Shown here piece after piece: positions 9,415 through 19,190 of a DNA stretch of 64,000 bases. The position numbers were made by a program, and so were the translations under genes. This stretch comes from Desulfosoma sp. (GTDB taxonomy: Bacteria > Desulfobacterota > Syntrophobacteria > Syntrophobacterales > DSM-9756), in contig JBBFKW010000005.1 in assembly GCA_037481835.1 (NCBI GenBank), positions 64,001 to 128,000 on the forward strand. The letters run 5' to 3'. Within the stretch, counting starts at the first letter, position 1. Each line of letters starts with the position of its first letter. Below the pieces are notes generated by a model. The model worked only from the letters and a program-made list of their open reading frames with translations, had not been told where the DNA came from and did not search any database.

Positions 9415-10446
9415 ATGTGGAGAAAAAGATGCCTGCTGACCCTTACCCTGTGCATCGTCGGCGCGTTGTTTTACGGATGCGGCAGTATGCCCGTCCAAGT
9501 GGGAGACTCTTCGGCGAAAACGGTGGCCACGGGAAGCGCCGGGGGGGCCACGAGCCAGAATGTGAACGCCTCCCTGGAGCGTTGTGACAGGCCCTTGGGC
9601 ACCATCGCGGTCGAAGAAGACCAGAATTCCGACTGGTACCACTACATCACGGGACAGTACAAGCTGACCTCCACGGTCCCTGTTCTGCGGCTCTTAATCC
9701 AACAGTCCAACTGTTTTATCGTTGTCGACCGCGGTCGAGCCATGAGGACCATGATGGGAGAGCGGGCTCTGCAGCAAACGGGCGAGTTGCGCGCCGGCAG
9801 TAACTTCGGCAAGGGGCAGATGGTGAGCGCGGATTACACGCTGACCCCTGAAGTGATGATCAGCCAGAAGGGGACGGGAGGTGCGGCCGGGGCCTTGGGG
9901 GCCTTCGGCATCGGAGGGGCCGTCGCCGGCGCTGTTCTGGGCGGCGTAAAAGCCAATGAAGCCGCCGTGATGCTCATGCTCGTCGACAATCGTTCCGGGG
10001 TGCAGGTGGGCGTTGCGGAAGGCAGTTCCAAGAACTTCGATTGGGGCCTCGGGGGCGCCATTTTCGGCGGCAGTGGAGGCGGCGGGCTCGGAGGCTACAC
10101 CAACACGCCGCAAGGGAAGGTGATCGCCGGAGCCTTTCTTGACGCCTACAACCAGTTGGTGCGCGTGGCGAGAAACTATACCCCGCAGACCATGGGGGAT
10201 CGCCAGTTGGGAACGGGCGGCCGTCTCGGGGTTGAAGGGAGCAGCCAAAGCGGTGGATACCAGGGAGCGACCCTCTCTCTCAAAGAAGCCCAAAGAAAGT
10301 TGAATGCCCTGGGCTACGAGGCGGGAACGCCGGACGGCAAGATGGGCGAGGCGACACGCCAGGCTCTCATGAACTTCCAGTCGGATCGGGGACTGCCCGT
10401 CACCGGGCGCCTGGACGCCGCGACGGCGGCCGAACTTGCCAAGTAA
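9415..10446 (+). CDS. CsgG/HfaB-like lipoprotein with C-terminal peptidoglycan-binding domain
   Basis: Signal peptide with lipobox LFYGC; QQSNCFIVVDRG CsgG-like segment; C-terminal AQRKLNALGY..GTPDGKMG..T..AL..FQ...GLPVTG PG-binding motif; AAGGAG RBS. Confidence 0.75.
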   Translation: MWRKRCLLTLTLCIVGALFYGCGSMPVQVGDSSAKTVATGSAGGATSQNVNASLERCDRPLGTIAVEEDQNSDWYHYITGQYKLTSTVPVLRLLIQQSNCFIVVDRGRAMRTMMGERALQQTGELRAGSNFGKGQMVSADYTLTPEVMISQKGTGGAAGALGAFGIGGAVAGAVLGGVKANEAAVMLMLVDNRSGVQVGVAEGSSKNFDWGLGGAIFGGSGGGGLGGYTNTPQGKVIAGAFLDAYNQLVRVARNYTPQTMGDRQLGTGGRLGVEGSSQSGGYQGATLSLKEAQRKLNALGYEAGTPDGKMGEATRQALMNFQSDRGLPVTGRLDAATAAELAK

Positions 10447-10537
10447 AGACTTCGGCCGCGGAATCCCCTGAGGAAAAAATCCAGGGCCTTTCATCGAAAG
10501 AGGAAATGCTCGACCCATCACGGGAGGACGGCGGATC

Positions 10538-11323
10538 ATGGGGTTGAAGGAGCACGAGTATGTGCGCCAGACATTGGAGCGCTACACGAATTTCCCTTTG
10601 GATCGGATGAGCGAGCATTTTCTCATCACCAATTTTAAGAGATACGCGGATTGGTTTAAGGAAAAGACCGGCGGCGAAGAAAGCGAGGGCAACTTCCGGC
10701 TGGTCAACGCACCGGATCACAATTGCACCTTGATCGATTTCGGCATCGGGTCCCCACAGGCAGCTCTGCTCATTCACTGCCTGGCTTATCTGGATCGAAT
10801 CAAGTCGGTCATCATGCTGGGCATGTGCGGCGGCATCGACGACACCCTGGAAATCGGCCATTTCATCGTGCCTTCGGCGGCCATCCGCGGTGAAGGGACA
10901 AGCCGACATTACCTGCCGCCGGAATTTCCCGCCATCCCGGCGTCGTCCGTCAACCTTTATTGCATTGGCGCTGTAAAAAAGGTGGGCCTCCTGCCCAAGT
11001 GCGGCATCGTTTACACGACAGACAGGCGTTTGTGGGAATTCGACGACGATTTCGTCGAATACTTGCGAAAGCAGCGCATTCTGGCCATCGACATGGAACT
11101 GGCCACCTTGTTTTCCGTCTCCTATCACTACGAAGTGCCCATCGGCTCCATCATGCTCGTTTCCGACATGCCCTTGCAGCGCAAAGGGATCAAGAGCAAA
11201 GAACTGCACGAAAAAATCTACTCTGAATACATGCCCACCCATATGGAACTGGGATTGGAAGCCATCCGCTCGTTGGAAGCCAATTGGGCCGACGTGTCGC
11301 GGCGTCTGGCCAGCGAATGGTAA
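10538..11323 (+). CDS. amn: AMP nucleosidase, short form (PNP/UDP family)
   Basis: LITNF, FGIGSPQAA, LGMCGG, AAIRGEGTS, YTTDRRLWE, AIDMELATLF, LVSDMPL. Confidence 0.82.
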   Translation: MGLKEHEYVRQTLERYTNFPLDRMSEHFLITNFKRYADWFKEKTGGEESEGNFRLVNAPDHNCTLIDFGIGSPQAALLIHCLAYLDRIKSVIMLGMCGGIDDTLEIGHFIVPSAAIRGEGTSRHYLPPEFPAIPASSVNLYCIGAVKKVGLLPKCGIVYTTDRRLWEFDDDFVEYLRKQRILAIDMELATLFSVSYHYEVPIGSIMLVSDMPLQRKGIKSKELHEKIYSEYMPTHMELGLEAIRSLEANWADVSRRLASEW

Positions 11324-11354
11324 ATCTCGAAAGGCATCAAGAGGAGCAAAGGCT

Positions 11355-11843
11355 ATGGACGTTCTTGTGCTTTATTACTCTCGAAGCGGCAACACGAAAA
11401 AACTTGCGGAACATGTGGCCGAAGGCGTCCGATCCGTGGACGGCGTCTCGGCCGTGGTGCGATCCACCCAGGAGGTGACCCGGGACGATTTCGTCAACGC
11501 GGCGGGCATCATCGCCGGCTCTCCGGTCTATTTCGGAGTCATGGCCACCGATCTCAAGCGGGTTTTCGACGATTTCGTGGGCGTTCGGAAAAAGATGGAA
11601 AACAAGGTCGGTGCGGCCTTTGCCACTTCGGGAGATCCCACCGGAGGCAAGGAAACCACCATGTTGTCCATCCTGCAGTGCTTCCTCATCTACGGCATGA
11701 TCGTCGTCGGAGATCCCCTTTCCGCAACGGGCCACTACGGGGTCGCCTGCGTGGGGGCTCCCGATGAAAAGACCGCGGAAAACGCGCGCAAATTGGGACG
11801 CCGCGTGGCCGGACTGTGCCTCAAACTCCACGCGGCTTCATGA
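11355..11843 (+). CDS. Flavodoxin-like WrbA-family NAD(P)H oxidoreductase
   Basis: YYSRSGNTKKLA, GSPVYFG, KVGAAFATSG..GGKETT. Confidence 0.85.
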   Translation: MDVLVLYYSRSGNTKKLAEHVAEGVRSVDGVSAVVRSTQEVTRDDFVNAAGIIAGSPVYFGVMATDLKRVFDDFVGVRKKMENKVGAAFATSGDPTGGKETTMLSILQCFLIYGMIVVGDPLSATGHYGVACVGAPDEKTAENARKLGRRVAGLCLKLHAAS

Positions 11844-11926
11844 AACGTGCGCCGGACGCCCCCCGTTCCCGGCCCGCGCTTTTCGAAAGAAATCCTTCTT
11901 TTGGGCACAATACCCATGCCCACGGC

Positions 11927-12334
11927 TCACGAAGCGCTCGGCAAGGGGATCTTGGGGGCCCGGCCTTCTTCCAAGGCGCCGGCATCCGGAGCGCGGTAAA
12001 GGACCACCATGTGACCAACCAATTGCACGAAATGCGCCCCCACGGTGCGCGCCAAATCCCGGGCCTGCACCTTTTTCGGGCCGTCCTCTCCCGAAAGCCC
12101 CAGCCATTTCACCTTGATCAGCTCGTGGTTGAGGAGCTGCTTTCGGATTTCCGAAACCACCGCCGCCGTTACCCCTTCCTGCCCGATGTGCACCACGGGA
12201 TCCAATTTGTGGGCCAGAGCCTTGAGGTAGCCCCGCTGCTTGCCGGAAAGCTCCCCGGGCGGTCGAGGTTCCCACTCCAAAGCCGAAAGATCCACACCTT
12301 CCTGCCACCACGGCCCCTTGGGCCGGCTGTTCAT
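11927..12334 (-). CDS. yhbY: YhbY/CRM RNA-binding protein
   Basis: LSGKQRGYLKALAHKLDPVVHIGQEG..HELIKVK..VGHMVVLYR. ATG 12334 follows GGAGG. Confidence 0.88.
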   Translation of the reverse strand: MNSRPKGPWWQEGVDLSALEWEPRPPGELSGKQRGYLKALAHKLDPVVHIGQEGVTAAVVSEIRKQLLNHELIKVKWLGLSGEDGPKKVQARDLARTVGAHFVQLVGHMVVLYRAPDAGALEEGRAPKIPLPSAS

Positions 12335-12428
12335 CGCCTCCCCCATGCCTTTCCCCCTTTGAGACAAAAAAGATCCGGCCTCCCTTGAGGACGCCGGATC
12401 CACAGAGTTTATCCTTCCTGCGGACTTC

Positions 12429-13754
12429 TTAATCCAAGTAGGGTTTCAACAACTCCTGCTTGCTGGGATGTCGAAGTTTGCGCAAGGCCTTCTTTTCGAT
12501 CTGGCGGATCCTTTCCTTCGAAACCTTAAAACTTTTGCCGATCTTCTCCAAGGTCTCACCGGGCTGCCCGTCCAGGCCGAAGCGAAGCCGCAGGATTTTT
12601 TCCTCCCTCGGTTGCAGACTGGCCAGAATCTCCCTCGTGAGCTCACTGAGCTCGTTGGCCTCGCAGCCCTCCGCCGGAGACTCGCACTCCACGTCCTCGA
12701 TGAAGTCGCTCAGCCGCTGCTCGTCCTCCCCTACGGGCATCTCCAACGACAACGGCTGGCTCACCAGGCTGAGAACCATCTCGACCTTTTCCGGCGGGAT
12801 GTTGGCCCGAAGGCTGATTTCTTCGGCCGTGGGCTCGCGCCCCAACTCCTTCACGAGCTCGTGAAAGACCTTGAAAAAGAGGTTCTTCAGCTCGATGAAA
12901 TGGACCGGCAAGCGAATGGTGCGCGTCTTATCGTAAATCCCGCGGATAATGCTCTGGCGCACCCACCAAGTGGCGTACGTGCTGAATCGGTTGCCTTTCG
13001 TGTGGTCGTAGCGGCCTACGGCCTTGAGCAATCCCAAATTGCCTTCCTGAATCAGGTCGTCAAAACTCATGCCGCGGCCCCGATACCGCTTGGCAATACT
13101 CAAGACCAAGCGCAAATTGGCTTTGACCATCTGATGCTTGGCTTCGTCGATCTCGGCGATGATCCGGTCGCACTCCTCCCTCATCGACGCCAGCGTCGTA
13201 TTGTGGGGTTCCTCGGCCACGGCCTGCCGCAGTGTTCGGGTAATGACCTTGAGCACCTTGTCCCGAACTCCCGGAAAGGTCTTCGCTTGTCCCAAAAGGT
13301 TCCGCACCTTCCCATACAGGTCCTTGACCGTCGGATGATCGTCCCGGTGGGTTTCCACCAGTCGCACCAAGCGGTCCTGGCCGTCCCGGATCCTCTTGGC
13401 CAGCTCGATTTCCATTTCCGGCGTCAGCAGCGGAAAAGAAGACACCTCGCGCAAGTAGCAGGTGACGTGATCCTCTTCGAACTCAACCGTCGCCTCTTCG
13501 TCCACGTCCGTGTCATCAGGCGTCATGGCCGTTGTGAGCTGAAGCGCATCGGACCGAGAATCGTTACGGTCGTCTTGATTGAGCCCGTTGCGGTTGTGCT
13601 CCACGGATTCGTCCTCTTCCAGTTCTTCTGCAAACAGATCGTCATCGGATCCCAGGATTCCCATGTCCAGGAGGCGCTCAAAGTCTTCCTCCGCTTCGCC
13701 CTTGAGGCGAAAGCGGTACAGAGGATCCAACCGGTCTCCATGCATGCTCTTCAT
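12429..13754 (-). CDS. RpoD-like sigma-70 family sigma factor (probably a non-primary paralog)
   Basis: Regions 1.2 (YLREV..PLLT), 2 (ANLRLVLSIAKRY..DLIQEGNLGL..FSTYATWW), 3 and 4 (ERIRQIE). ATG 13754 follows AGGAGG. Confidence 0.9.
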   Translation of the reverse strand: MKSMHGDRLDPLYRFRLKGEAEEDFERLLDMGILGSDDDLFAEELEEDESVEHNRNGLNQDDRNDSRSDALQLTTAMTPDDTDVDEEATVEFEEDHVTCYLREVSSFPLLTPEMEIELAKRIRDGQDRLVRLVETHRDDHPTVKDLYGKVRNLLGQAKTFPGVRDKVLKVITRTLRQAVAEEPHNTTLASMREECDRIIAEIDEAKHQMVKANLRLVLSIAKRYRGRGMSFDDLIQEGNLGLLKAVGRYDHTKGNRFSTYATWWVRQSIIRGIYDKTRTIRLPVHFIELKNLFFKVFHELVKELGREPTAEEISLRANIPPEKVEMVLSLVSQPLSLEMPVGEDEQRLSDFIEDVECESPAEGCEANELSELTREILASLQPREEKILRLRFGLDGQPGETLEKIGKSFKVSKERIRQIEKKALRKLRHPSKQELLKPYLD

Positions 13755-14026
13755 GGTGATCCTCCTTCTGGGCACCCTAGGGTACAGCGCATTTCGTGAC
13801 TTTAAAAGGATTCCTCGCGACCCTCCTTTGTTTAAGGGTTCAGAGCGGTGACCGCGCGCATGCGGTCTACAGCACCTTACATACGCTAAGCTCGATTGGA
13901 TGCCGAGTCAATGGAATCCGAAAGGGACTTTTGGGCAGAGGGTTTCAGGGCGCTTTGGACTCGCAGGATGAATCCCACCCGTGCTGCGCGCCGCATAATC
14001 ACGCTGCACTGCACGGCTCCATCGCC

Positions 14027-15013
14027 TCAGATGCGAAATTCCACCACATCGCCGTCCTGGAGGACGTAGTCTTTTTGGACCATCTGGCCGTCGAAAACCG
14101 CTTTCCCCCAAATTCTAGCGAATTTCAGTTTTTCCACAAAGTCCTTGTGAATTTTTTCTGCAAGATCCTGGAGCGTGCTTTCCTTCGGCAGGACGAAGGG
14201 GGCCGATTTGTCCGGTTCCTTGCCCGGAGCCTTCGTATAGACTCGGATGATGTCCGAGAGCTGAAAAATCGTCTCCAGGAGCGCGTGGAGCCCTCGCCCC
14301 GAGGCCGTGGACACCCCGACACACGGCAGGCCGCACTGGCTCAATTCCACGAAGGCGAGAAAATCCTCCACATCCGAATCCGTGTCCACCTTGTTGACGA
14401 CGACGATCATTTTCTTGGGGAAAGGCTTCTTGTGGAGATCCGGGGGAAGCGGCTTCCCTTGCGGAAAGACGCGCAATTCGGCGAGGACGTCCAGGGTGTC
14501 TTCCAGCTGCTGGAGCGGATCGGCTTTGAGGTCCACCATGAGAATGACCAGGTCCGCTTTGCGGATGAGGTCCGCCATCCACGGGTCGATGAAGCTCTTG
14601 CTCACGGGCGGGGTATCGATGAGCTGGAACTGGATGTTTTCATAGGGCACCATGCCCGGAGTGGGTTTCCACGTCGTATGTGGAAATTCGGCCACTTCCG
14701 GTGACGCGTTGCTCAGCACTCCCACCAACGAAGACTTGCCCACATTGGGCGCCCCCACGACGACGACCTGGGCGGCCCCTTCCTTATCGATGGCGTAGGA
14801 CAGCCCTTTTCGGCCCGCGCCTTTTCGTTGCTGGGCCTCGGATTTGAACTTGGCGATCTTCCGGCGCAAGTCCGCGCGCAGCTTGTCCGTGCCCTTGTGT
14901 TTGGGCATGATGGTGAGCATCTCTTCAAGGGCTTCGATCTTGGCTTCCGGAGTCTTGGCTTCGCGATATCGCTTTTCGGCTTCGAAATAAGGCGGGGGGA
15001 GATTCGCCGGCAT
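14027..15013 (-). CDS. DRG/OBG-family GTPase with C-terminal TGS domain
   Basis: MPANL..PKHKGT N-terminus, GAPNVGKSS, DTPP, NKVD, TGS domain IRVYTK..ARIWG..LQDGDVVE. Confidence 0.88.
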   Translation of the reverse strand: MPANLPPPYFEAEKRYREAKTPEAKIEALEEMLTIMPKHKGTDKLRADLRRKIAKFKSEAQQRKGAGRKGLSYAIDKEGAAQVVVVGAPNVGKSSLVGVLSNASPEVAEFPHTTWKPTPGMVPYENIQFQLIDTPPVSKSFIDPWMADLIRKADLVILMVDLKADPLQQLEDTLDVLAELRVFPQGKPLPPDLHKKPFPKKMIVVVNKVDTDSDVEDFLAFVELSQCGLPCVGVSTASGRGLHALLETIFQLSDIIRVYTKAPGKEPDKSAPFVLPKESTLQDLAEKIHKDFVEKLKFARIWGKAVFDGQMVQKDYVLQDGDVVEFRI

Positions 15014-15081
15014 GGATCACACCTCCTCGCCGTCGCACGTGTGTCCGTTGGGATTTTCAACCTACAGAATGGGATCCGTTC

Positions 15082-15110
15082 TTGTCAATGACGTCTCGAG
15101 CGGGTATAGA
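15082..15110 (+). promoter_or_regulatory. Putative sigma70 promoter for the small UGA-containing gene
   Basis: TTGTCA-17 bp-TATAGA. The overlapping minus-strand TTGACA (15088-15083) could serve the divergent GTPase gene. Confidence 0.4.
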
Positions 15111-15144
15111 CGGCGTGTCGACTTCCAACGAGAAAGGATCTTCC

Positions 15145-15315
15145 ATGTTGTCATGCCCGCAATGCGGCGGCCCTCTCCACTGGATTCGGCAATGAAGGCG
15201 CCAGCTGTGGCGCTGCACGGCGTGCCGCGTGGATTATACTTTGGAAAAACTTGCCGCCTTGCTAGATGAGGAGCTCGAAGAGCAGTTGGGCGGAATCCGT
15301 GTGGACAGGCTCTAG
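15145..15315 (+). CDS. Small dual-CxxC putative selenoprotein, 56 aa: MLSCPQCGGPLHWIRQ-U-RRQLWRCTACRVDYTLEKLAALLDEELEEQLGGIRVDRL
   Basis: AAAGGA RBS; ATG 15145; in-frame TGA 15193-15195; protein-like continuation with second CxxC to TAG 15313-15315; SECIS-like hairpin 15210-15230. Absent from ORF track. Confidence 0.75.
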
Positions 15316-15345
15316 CCGCAGGCCCGGCGCGGGCCCGCGGCTTTT
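15314..15345 (+). terminator. Intrinsic terminator-like hairpin
   Basis: AGCCGC-A-GGCCC / GGGCC-C-GCGGCT stem followed by a T run. Confidence 0.5.
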
Positions 15346-15381
15346 GGCCCGAAAAGTCGAGACAGGTTTTTCTCTCGGCGT

Positions 15382-18045
15382 TTACGAAGCCAGTTTCGCC
15401 TCGAGGATTTCCTCAGCGCGCCTCAAAGCCTCCGGGAGTTTTTCCGGAAGGTTCCCCCCGGCCTGCGCCATGTCCGGTCGGCCTCCACCGCTTCCCCCCA
15501 CCACCCGGGCCACCTCTTTGATCACTTCACCGGCATGGATTTTCCCGGTCAAATCCTTGGTGACTCCCACCAGCAAGAACACCTTGCCGTCGTGATGGGC
15601 TCCCAGGACCATGACCCCGGAACCGATCCGCTCTTTGAATCGGTCGTTCATTTCCCGCAAGGCCTTGGGATCGGTGGCCTCCACCTGCCGCACCAAGACC
15701 TTGACTCCGGCCATCTCTTTCGCCTCATCCAACAGATCCAGGGATTTCTTAGCCGTCATGGAGCTCTGGACGGCCTCCAGCTGCTTTTCCAGTTCCTTGA
15801 TCTGTCCCAGGAGCTTTTCGAGGCGATCCGGCACTTCTTCCGGCTGCGCCTTCAGGCGCCGCGCGGCCGCCTCCAGCAGTCGGCGCTGTTCGTGCCAAAA
15901 GCGCAGGGCGTGACGGCCCGTGAGGGCTTCAATGCGGCGCACTCCCGCCGCCACGCTGGATTCCTGAACAATGACAAAAGAGCCGATATCTCCGCTGCGT
16001 TCGGTATGGGTGCCGCCGCACAGTTCCTTGCTGAAGTCGGCGATTTCCACAAGGCGGACCGTTTCTCCGTATTTTTCTTCGAAAAGGGCCATGGCTCCCG
16101 TGCGTATGGCTTCATCAAAAGCCATGACGTGCACCCGAAGCGGCCGATTTTCCCAAATGGCTTGGTTGACCCGCCATTCGATTTCGTGGAGTTCTTCCGG
16201 TGTCACGGCCGTAAAATGGGTGAAGTCGAATCGCAGCCTTTCGGGGGCCACCAAGGAACCCGCCTGCTTCACGTGATCCCCGAGCACGTCCCGGAGCACG
16301 CGATGGAGGATGTGGGTTGCCGTGTGGTTGAGCGCCGTGTCTTTGCGACTTTGGGCATCCACCTTCAGGGTTACCGTATCTCCCGGGCGAAGCTCCCCGT
16401 TTTCGATGCGCACCATGTGCACCCAAAGGTCACCGGGCAGGCGGTGGGTGTCTTCCACGACGGCCGAAACGCCGGGGCCTTCCATAGTCCCTTTATCCCC
16501 CACCTGACCTCCGGCTTCCCCGTAAAACGGCGTGCGCTCGACCACCACTTCCACTCGGCTTCCCGGCCCGGCCGCATCCACAAGCGTCCCGCCTTGGATG
16601 AGGGCCGCCACCCGGCTTTCCGTTTGCAGTTGGTCGTAGCCCACAAACTCGGTACGAACCCCTTCGGCGGAAAGTTTTCGGTACGCTTCGGAAATTTCCC
16701 GTTCCCCACTGCCTTTCCAATGGCGGCGGGACTGTTCCCGTTGGCGCTCCATGAGCCGGTCGAATTCGGCTTGATCCACCTGCAAGCCTAATTTTCGGGC
16801 CATGTCCGTCACGATGTCGATGGGAAAGCCGTAGGTGTCGTAGAGCTTGAACACGAGAGAGCCCGGGACCGTCCGAGCCCCTTCGTCTTGCAGGCGGGCC
16901 ATTTCGTTGTGCAGGAGTTTCAGGCCGTGGTCCAGGGTTTCGCTGAAGCGTTCCTCCTCATGGAGGATAACCCGGGAAATGTAGCTGCGGTTTTCCAGCA
17001 ATTCGGGATACACATCCGCCATGGCGTGCATGACGGCTTCCACCACGCTGTGCAGGAAAGGCCGATCCAGACCCAGGAATCTTCCGTGGCGCAACGCCCG
17101 CCGAATCACACGGCGCAGGACGTATCCGCGGCCTTCGTTGCTCGGCAGCACGCCGTCCCCGATGAGAAACGCCGCCGCCCGCCCATGATCCGCAATGACC
17201 TTGAAGGAGACGTCCTTTTCCGGATCATCGCCGTAGCGCAACCCCGCCTGGGCGCCGATGGCCTCCATCATGGGCGCAAAGAGATCCGTGTCGTAGTTGG
17301 AGGGCACCTTTTGGATGACGGCCGCAATCCGTTCCAACCCCATACCCGTGTCGATGCTCGGCTTGGGCAAAGGTTCCAAGGTGCCGTCTTCTTTCCGGTT
17401 AAACTGCATAAAAACCAGGTTCCAGAGCTCCAAAAAGCGGTCGCAATCGCATCCCGGTCGGCACTCGGGCCGGCCACACCCCATGGCCTCCCCTTGGTCG
17501 ATGAGGATTTCCGAACACGGGCCGCACGGACCGGTATCCCCCATGGCCCAAAAATTGTCCTTGGTGGAAAAGGTCAGGATCCGCTCCGGGGGAAGGTAGC
17601 GTTTCCAATAGTCCCGCGCTTCTTCATCGGGCCCCAGGCCCATGGCGGCGTCGCCCTCGTGGATCGTGGCGTAGAGCTTGTCCTTGGGCAGGCCCATTTC
17701 GGCGGTGAGGAATTCCCAGGCAAATTCCACGGCTTCCTTCTTGAAATAATCCCCGAAGGAGAAATTGCCCAGCATTTCGAAGAAGGTGTGATGGCGCGCC
17801 GTATATCCGACGTTTTCCAGGTCGTTGTGCTTTCCCCCCGCCCTCATGCACTTTTGGCTCGTGGTGGCTCGGCTGTATTCCCTCTTTTCCTCCCCCAGAA
17901 AACAGCGTTTGAATTGGTTCATGCCGGCGTTGGTGAACAGCAAAGTGGGGTCGTCATGGGGAATGAGCGACGAGCTCTTGACGATGGTGTGGCCTCGGTC
18001 ACGAAAGAATTCCAAGAATCTTCTGCGGATTTCACTGGCCTTCAT
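15382..18045 (-). CDS. alaS: Alanine--tRNA ligase
   Basis: DPTLLFTNAGM, HHTFFEMLGNFSFGDYFK, editing-domain NHTATH..ELCGGTH, GGSGGGRPDMAQAGG. Confidence 0.98.
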   Translation of the reverse strand: MKASEIRRRFLEFFRDRGHTIVKSSSLIPHDDPTLLFTNAGMNQFKRCFLGEEKREYSRATTSQKCMRAGGKHNDLENVGYTARHHTFFEMLGNFSFGDYFKKEAVEFAWEFLTAEMGLPKDKLYATIHEGDAAMGLGPDEEARDYWKRYLPPERILTFSTKDNFWAMGDTGPCGPCSEILIDQGEAMGCGRPECRPGCDCDRFLELWNLVFMQFNRKEDGTLEPLPKPSIDTGMGLERIAAVIQKVPSNYDTDLFAPMMEAIGAQAGLRYGDDPEKDVSFKVIADHGRAAAFLIGDGVLPSNEGRGYVLRRVIRRALRHGRFLGLDRPFLHSVVEAVMHAMADVYPELLENRSYISRVILHEEERFSETLDHGLKLLHNEMARLQDEGARTVPGSLVFKLYDTYGFPIDIVTDMARKLGLQVDQAEFDRLMERQREQSRRHWKGSGEREISEAYRKLSAEGVRTEFVGYDQLQTESRVAALIQGGTLVDAAGPGSRVEVVVERTPFYGEAGGQVGDKGTMEGPGVSAVVEDTHRLPGDLWVHMVRIENGELRPGDTVTLKVDAQSRKDTALNHTATHILHRVLRDVLGDHVKQAGSLVAPERLRFDFTHFTAVTPEELHEIEWRVNQAIWENRPLRVHVMAFDEAIRTGAMALFEEKYGETVRLVEIADFSKELCGGTHTERSGDIGSFVIVQESSVAAGVRRIEALTGRHALRFWHEQRRLLEAAARRLKAQPEEVPDRLEKLLGQIKELEKQLEAVQSSMTAKKSLDLLDEAKEMAGVKVLVRQVEATDPKALREMNDRFKERIGSGVMVLGAHHDGKVFLLVGVTKDLTGKIHAGEVIKEVARVVGGSGGGRPDMAQAGGNLPEKLPEALRRAEEILEAKLAS

Positions 18046-18131
18046 CAAAGGTTCTCCTGTTTTTCAAACCCTCGGCGACAATATCCCGTGCTGAGAACTA
18101 TCCGGGTGGGCGGTGTTCCAAGCTCCGGGCC

Positions 18132-19166
18132 TTACCCCTCCGCCTCTTCGGCCGGGGCGAGTGCCGGCAGCACATGGCGTTCCCGGACCTTATTTTCGAT
18201 GGCTAACAAAAGGTCGGGATTTTCCCTGAGAAAGTTTTTCACGTTTTCTCGGCCCTGACCGAGGCGTTCGCCGCCGTAGGAATACCACGTCCCGGACCGC
18301 TCCACGATATTGGCCGCCACGGCCAAATCCAGCACGTCCCCTTCCCGGGAAATGCCGCGTCCGTAGACGATGTCGAATTCCACTTCCTTGAAAGGCGGGG
18401 CGATCTTGTTCTTGACCACTTTAACCCGGGTGCGGTTGCCCACCACCTCTTGCCCTTCCTTGATGGGACCCACACGGCGGATGTCCAGGCGCATGGTGGC
18501 GTAGAACTTGAGAGCGTTGCCTCCCGTGGTCGTCTCCGGGGATCCGTACATGACCCCGATTTTCATCCGGATTTGGTTGATGAAGATGACCGACGTCTGA
18601 GACTTGCTGATGGCGGCCGTCAATTTCCGCAAGGCTTGGCTCATGAGCCGCGCTTGCAGCCCCACGTGGGGATCGCCCATTTCGCCGTCGATTTCCGCCT
18701 TGGGCACCAAGGCCGCCACGGAATCAATGACGATGACGTCGATGGCATTGCTGCGCACGAGGATTTCGGCGATTTCCAGAGCCTGTTCCCCGTAGTCGGG
18801 CTGGCTGATGAGCAGATCGTCCACCTTGACGCCCAATTTGCGCGCGTAATGGACATCCAAGGCATGTTCCGCGTCGATGAAGGCGGCCAGACCCCCCTTT
18901 TTCTGCGCTTCCGCGATGACATGCAAGGCCAAGGTCGTCTTTCCGGAAGATTCCGGGCCGAAAATTTCCACAATGCGGCCCCGGGGAATCCCGCCGATGC
19001 CCAAGGCCAAGTCCAGAGACAGGCACCCTGTGGAAATCACCGGAATCTCGACCGCCTGGGCCCCTTCTCCCAGGCGCATAATGGATCCCTTGCCGCATTG
19101 GCGCTCAATCTGCGCCACGGCCATGTCGATGGCCTTTTGGCGATCGTTGCCTCCCGGTGCCGTCAT
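18132..19166 (-). CDS. recA: Recombinase A
   Basis: [42 protein letters not shown]. Confidence 0.99.
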   Translation of the reverse strand: MTAPGGNDRQKAIDMAVAQIERQCGKGSIMRLGEGAQAVEIPVISTGCLSLDLALGIGGIPRGRIVEIFGPESSGKTTLALHVIAEAQKKGGLAAFIDAEHALDVHYARKLGVKVDDLLISQPDYGEQALEIAEILVRSNAIDVIVIDSVAALVPKAEIDGEMGDPHVGLQARLMSQALRKLTAAISKSQTSVIFINQIRMKIGVMYGSPETTTGGNALKFYATMRLDIRRVGPIKEGQEVVGNRTRVKVVKNKIAPPFKEVEFDIVYGRGISREGDVLDLAVAANIVERSGTWYSYGGERLGQGRENVKNFLRENPDLLLAIENKVRERHVLPALAPAEEAEG

Positions 19167-19190
19167 GGCACGGTCCTCCTCACGATGGGA

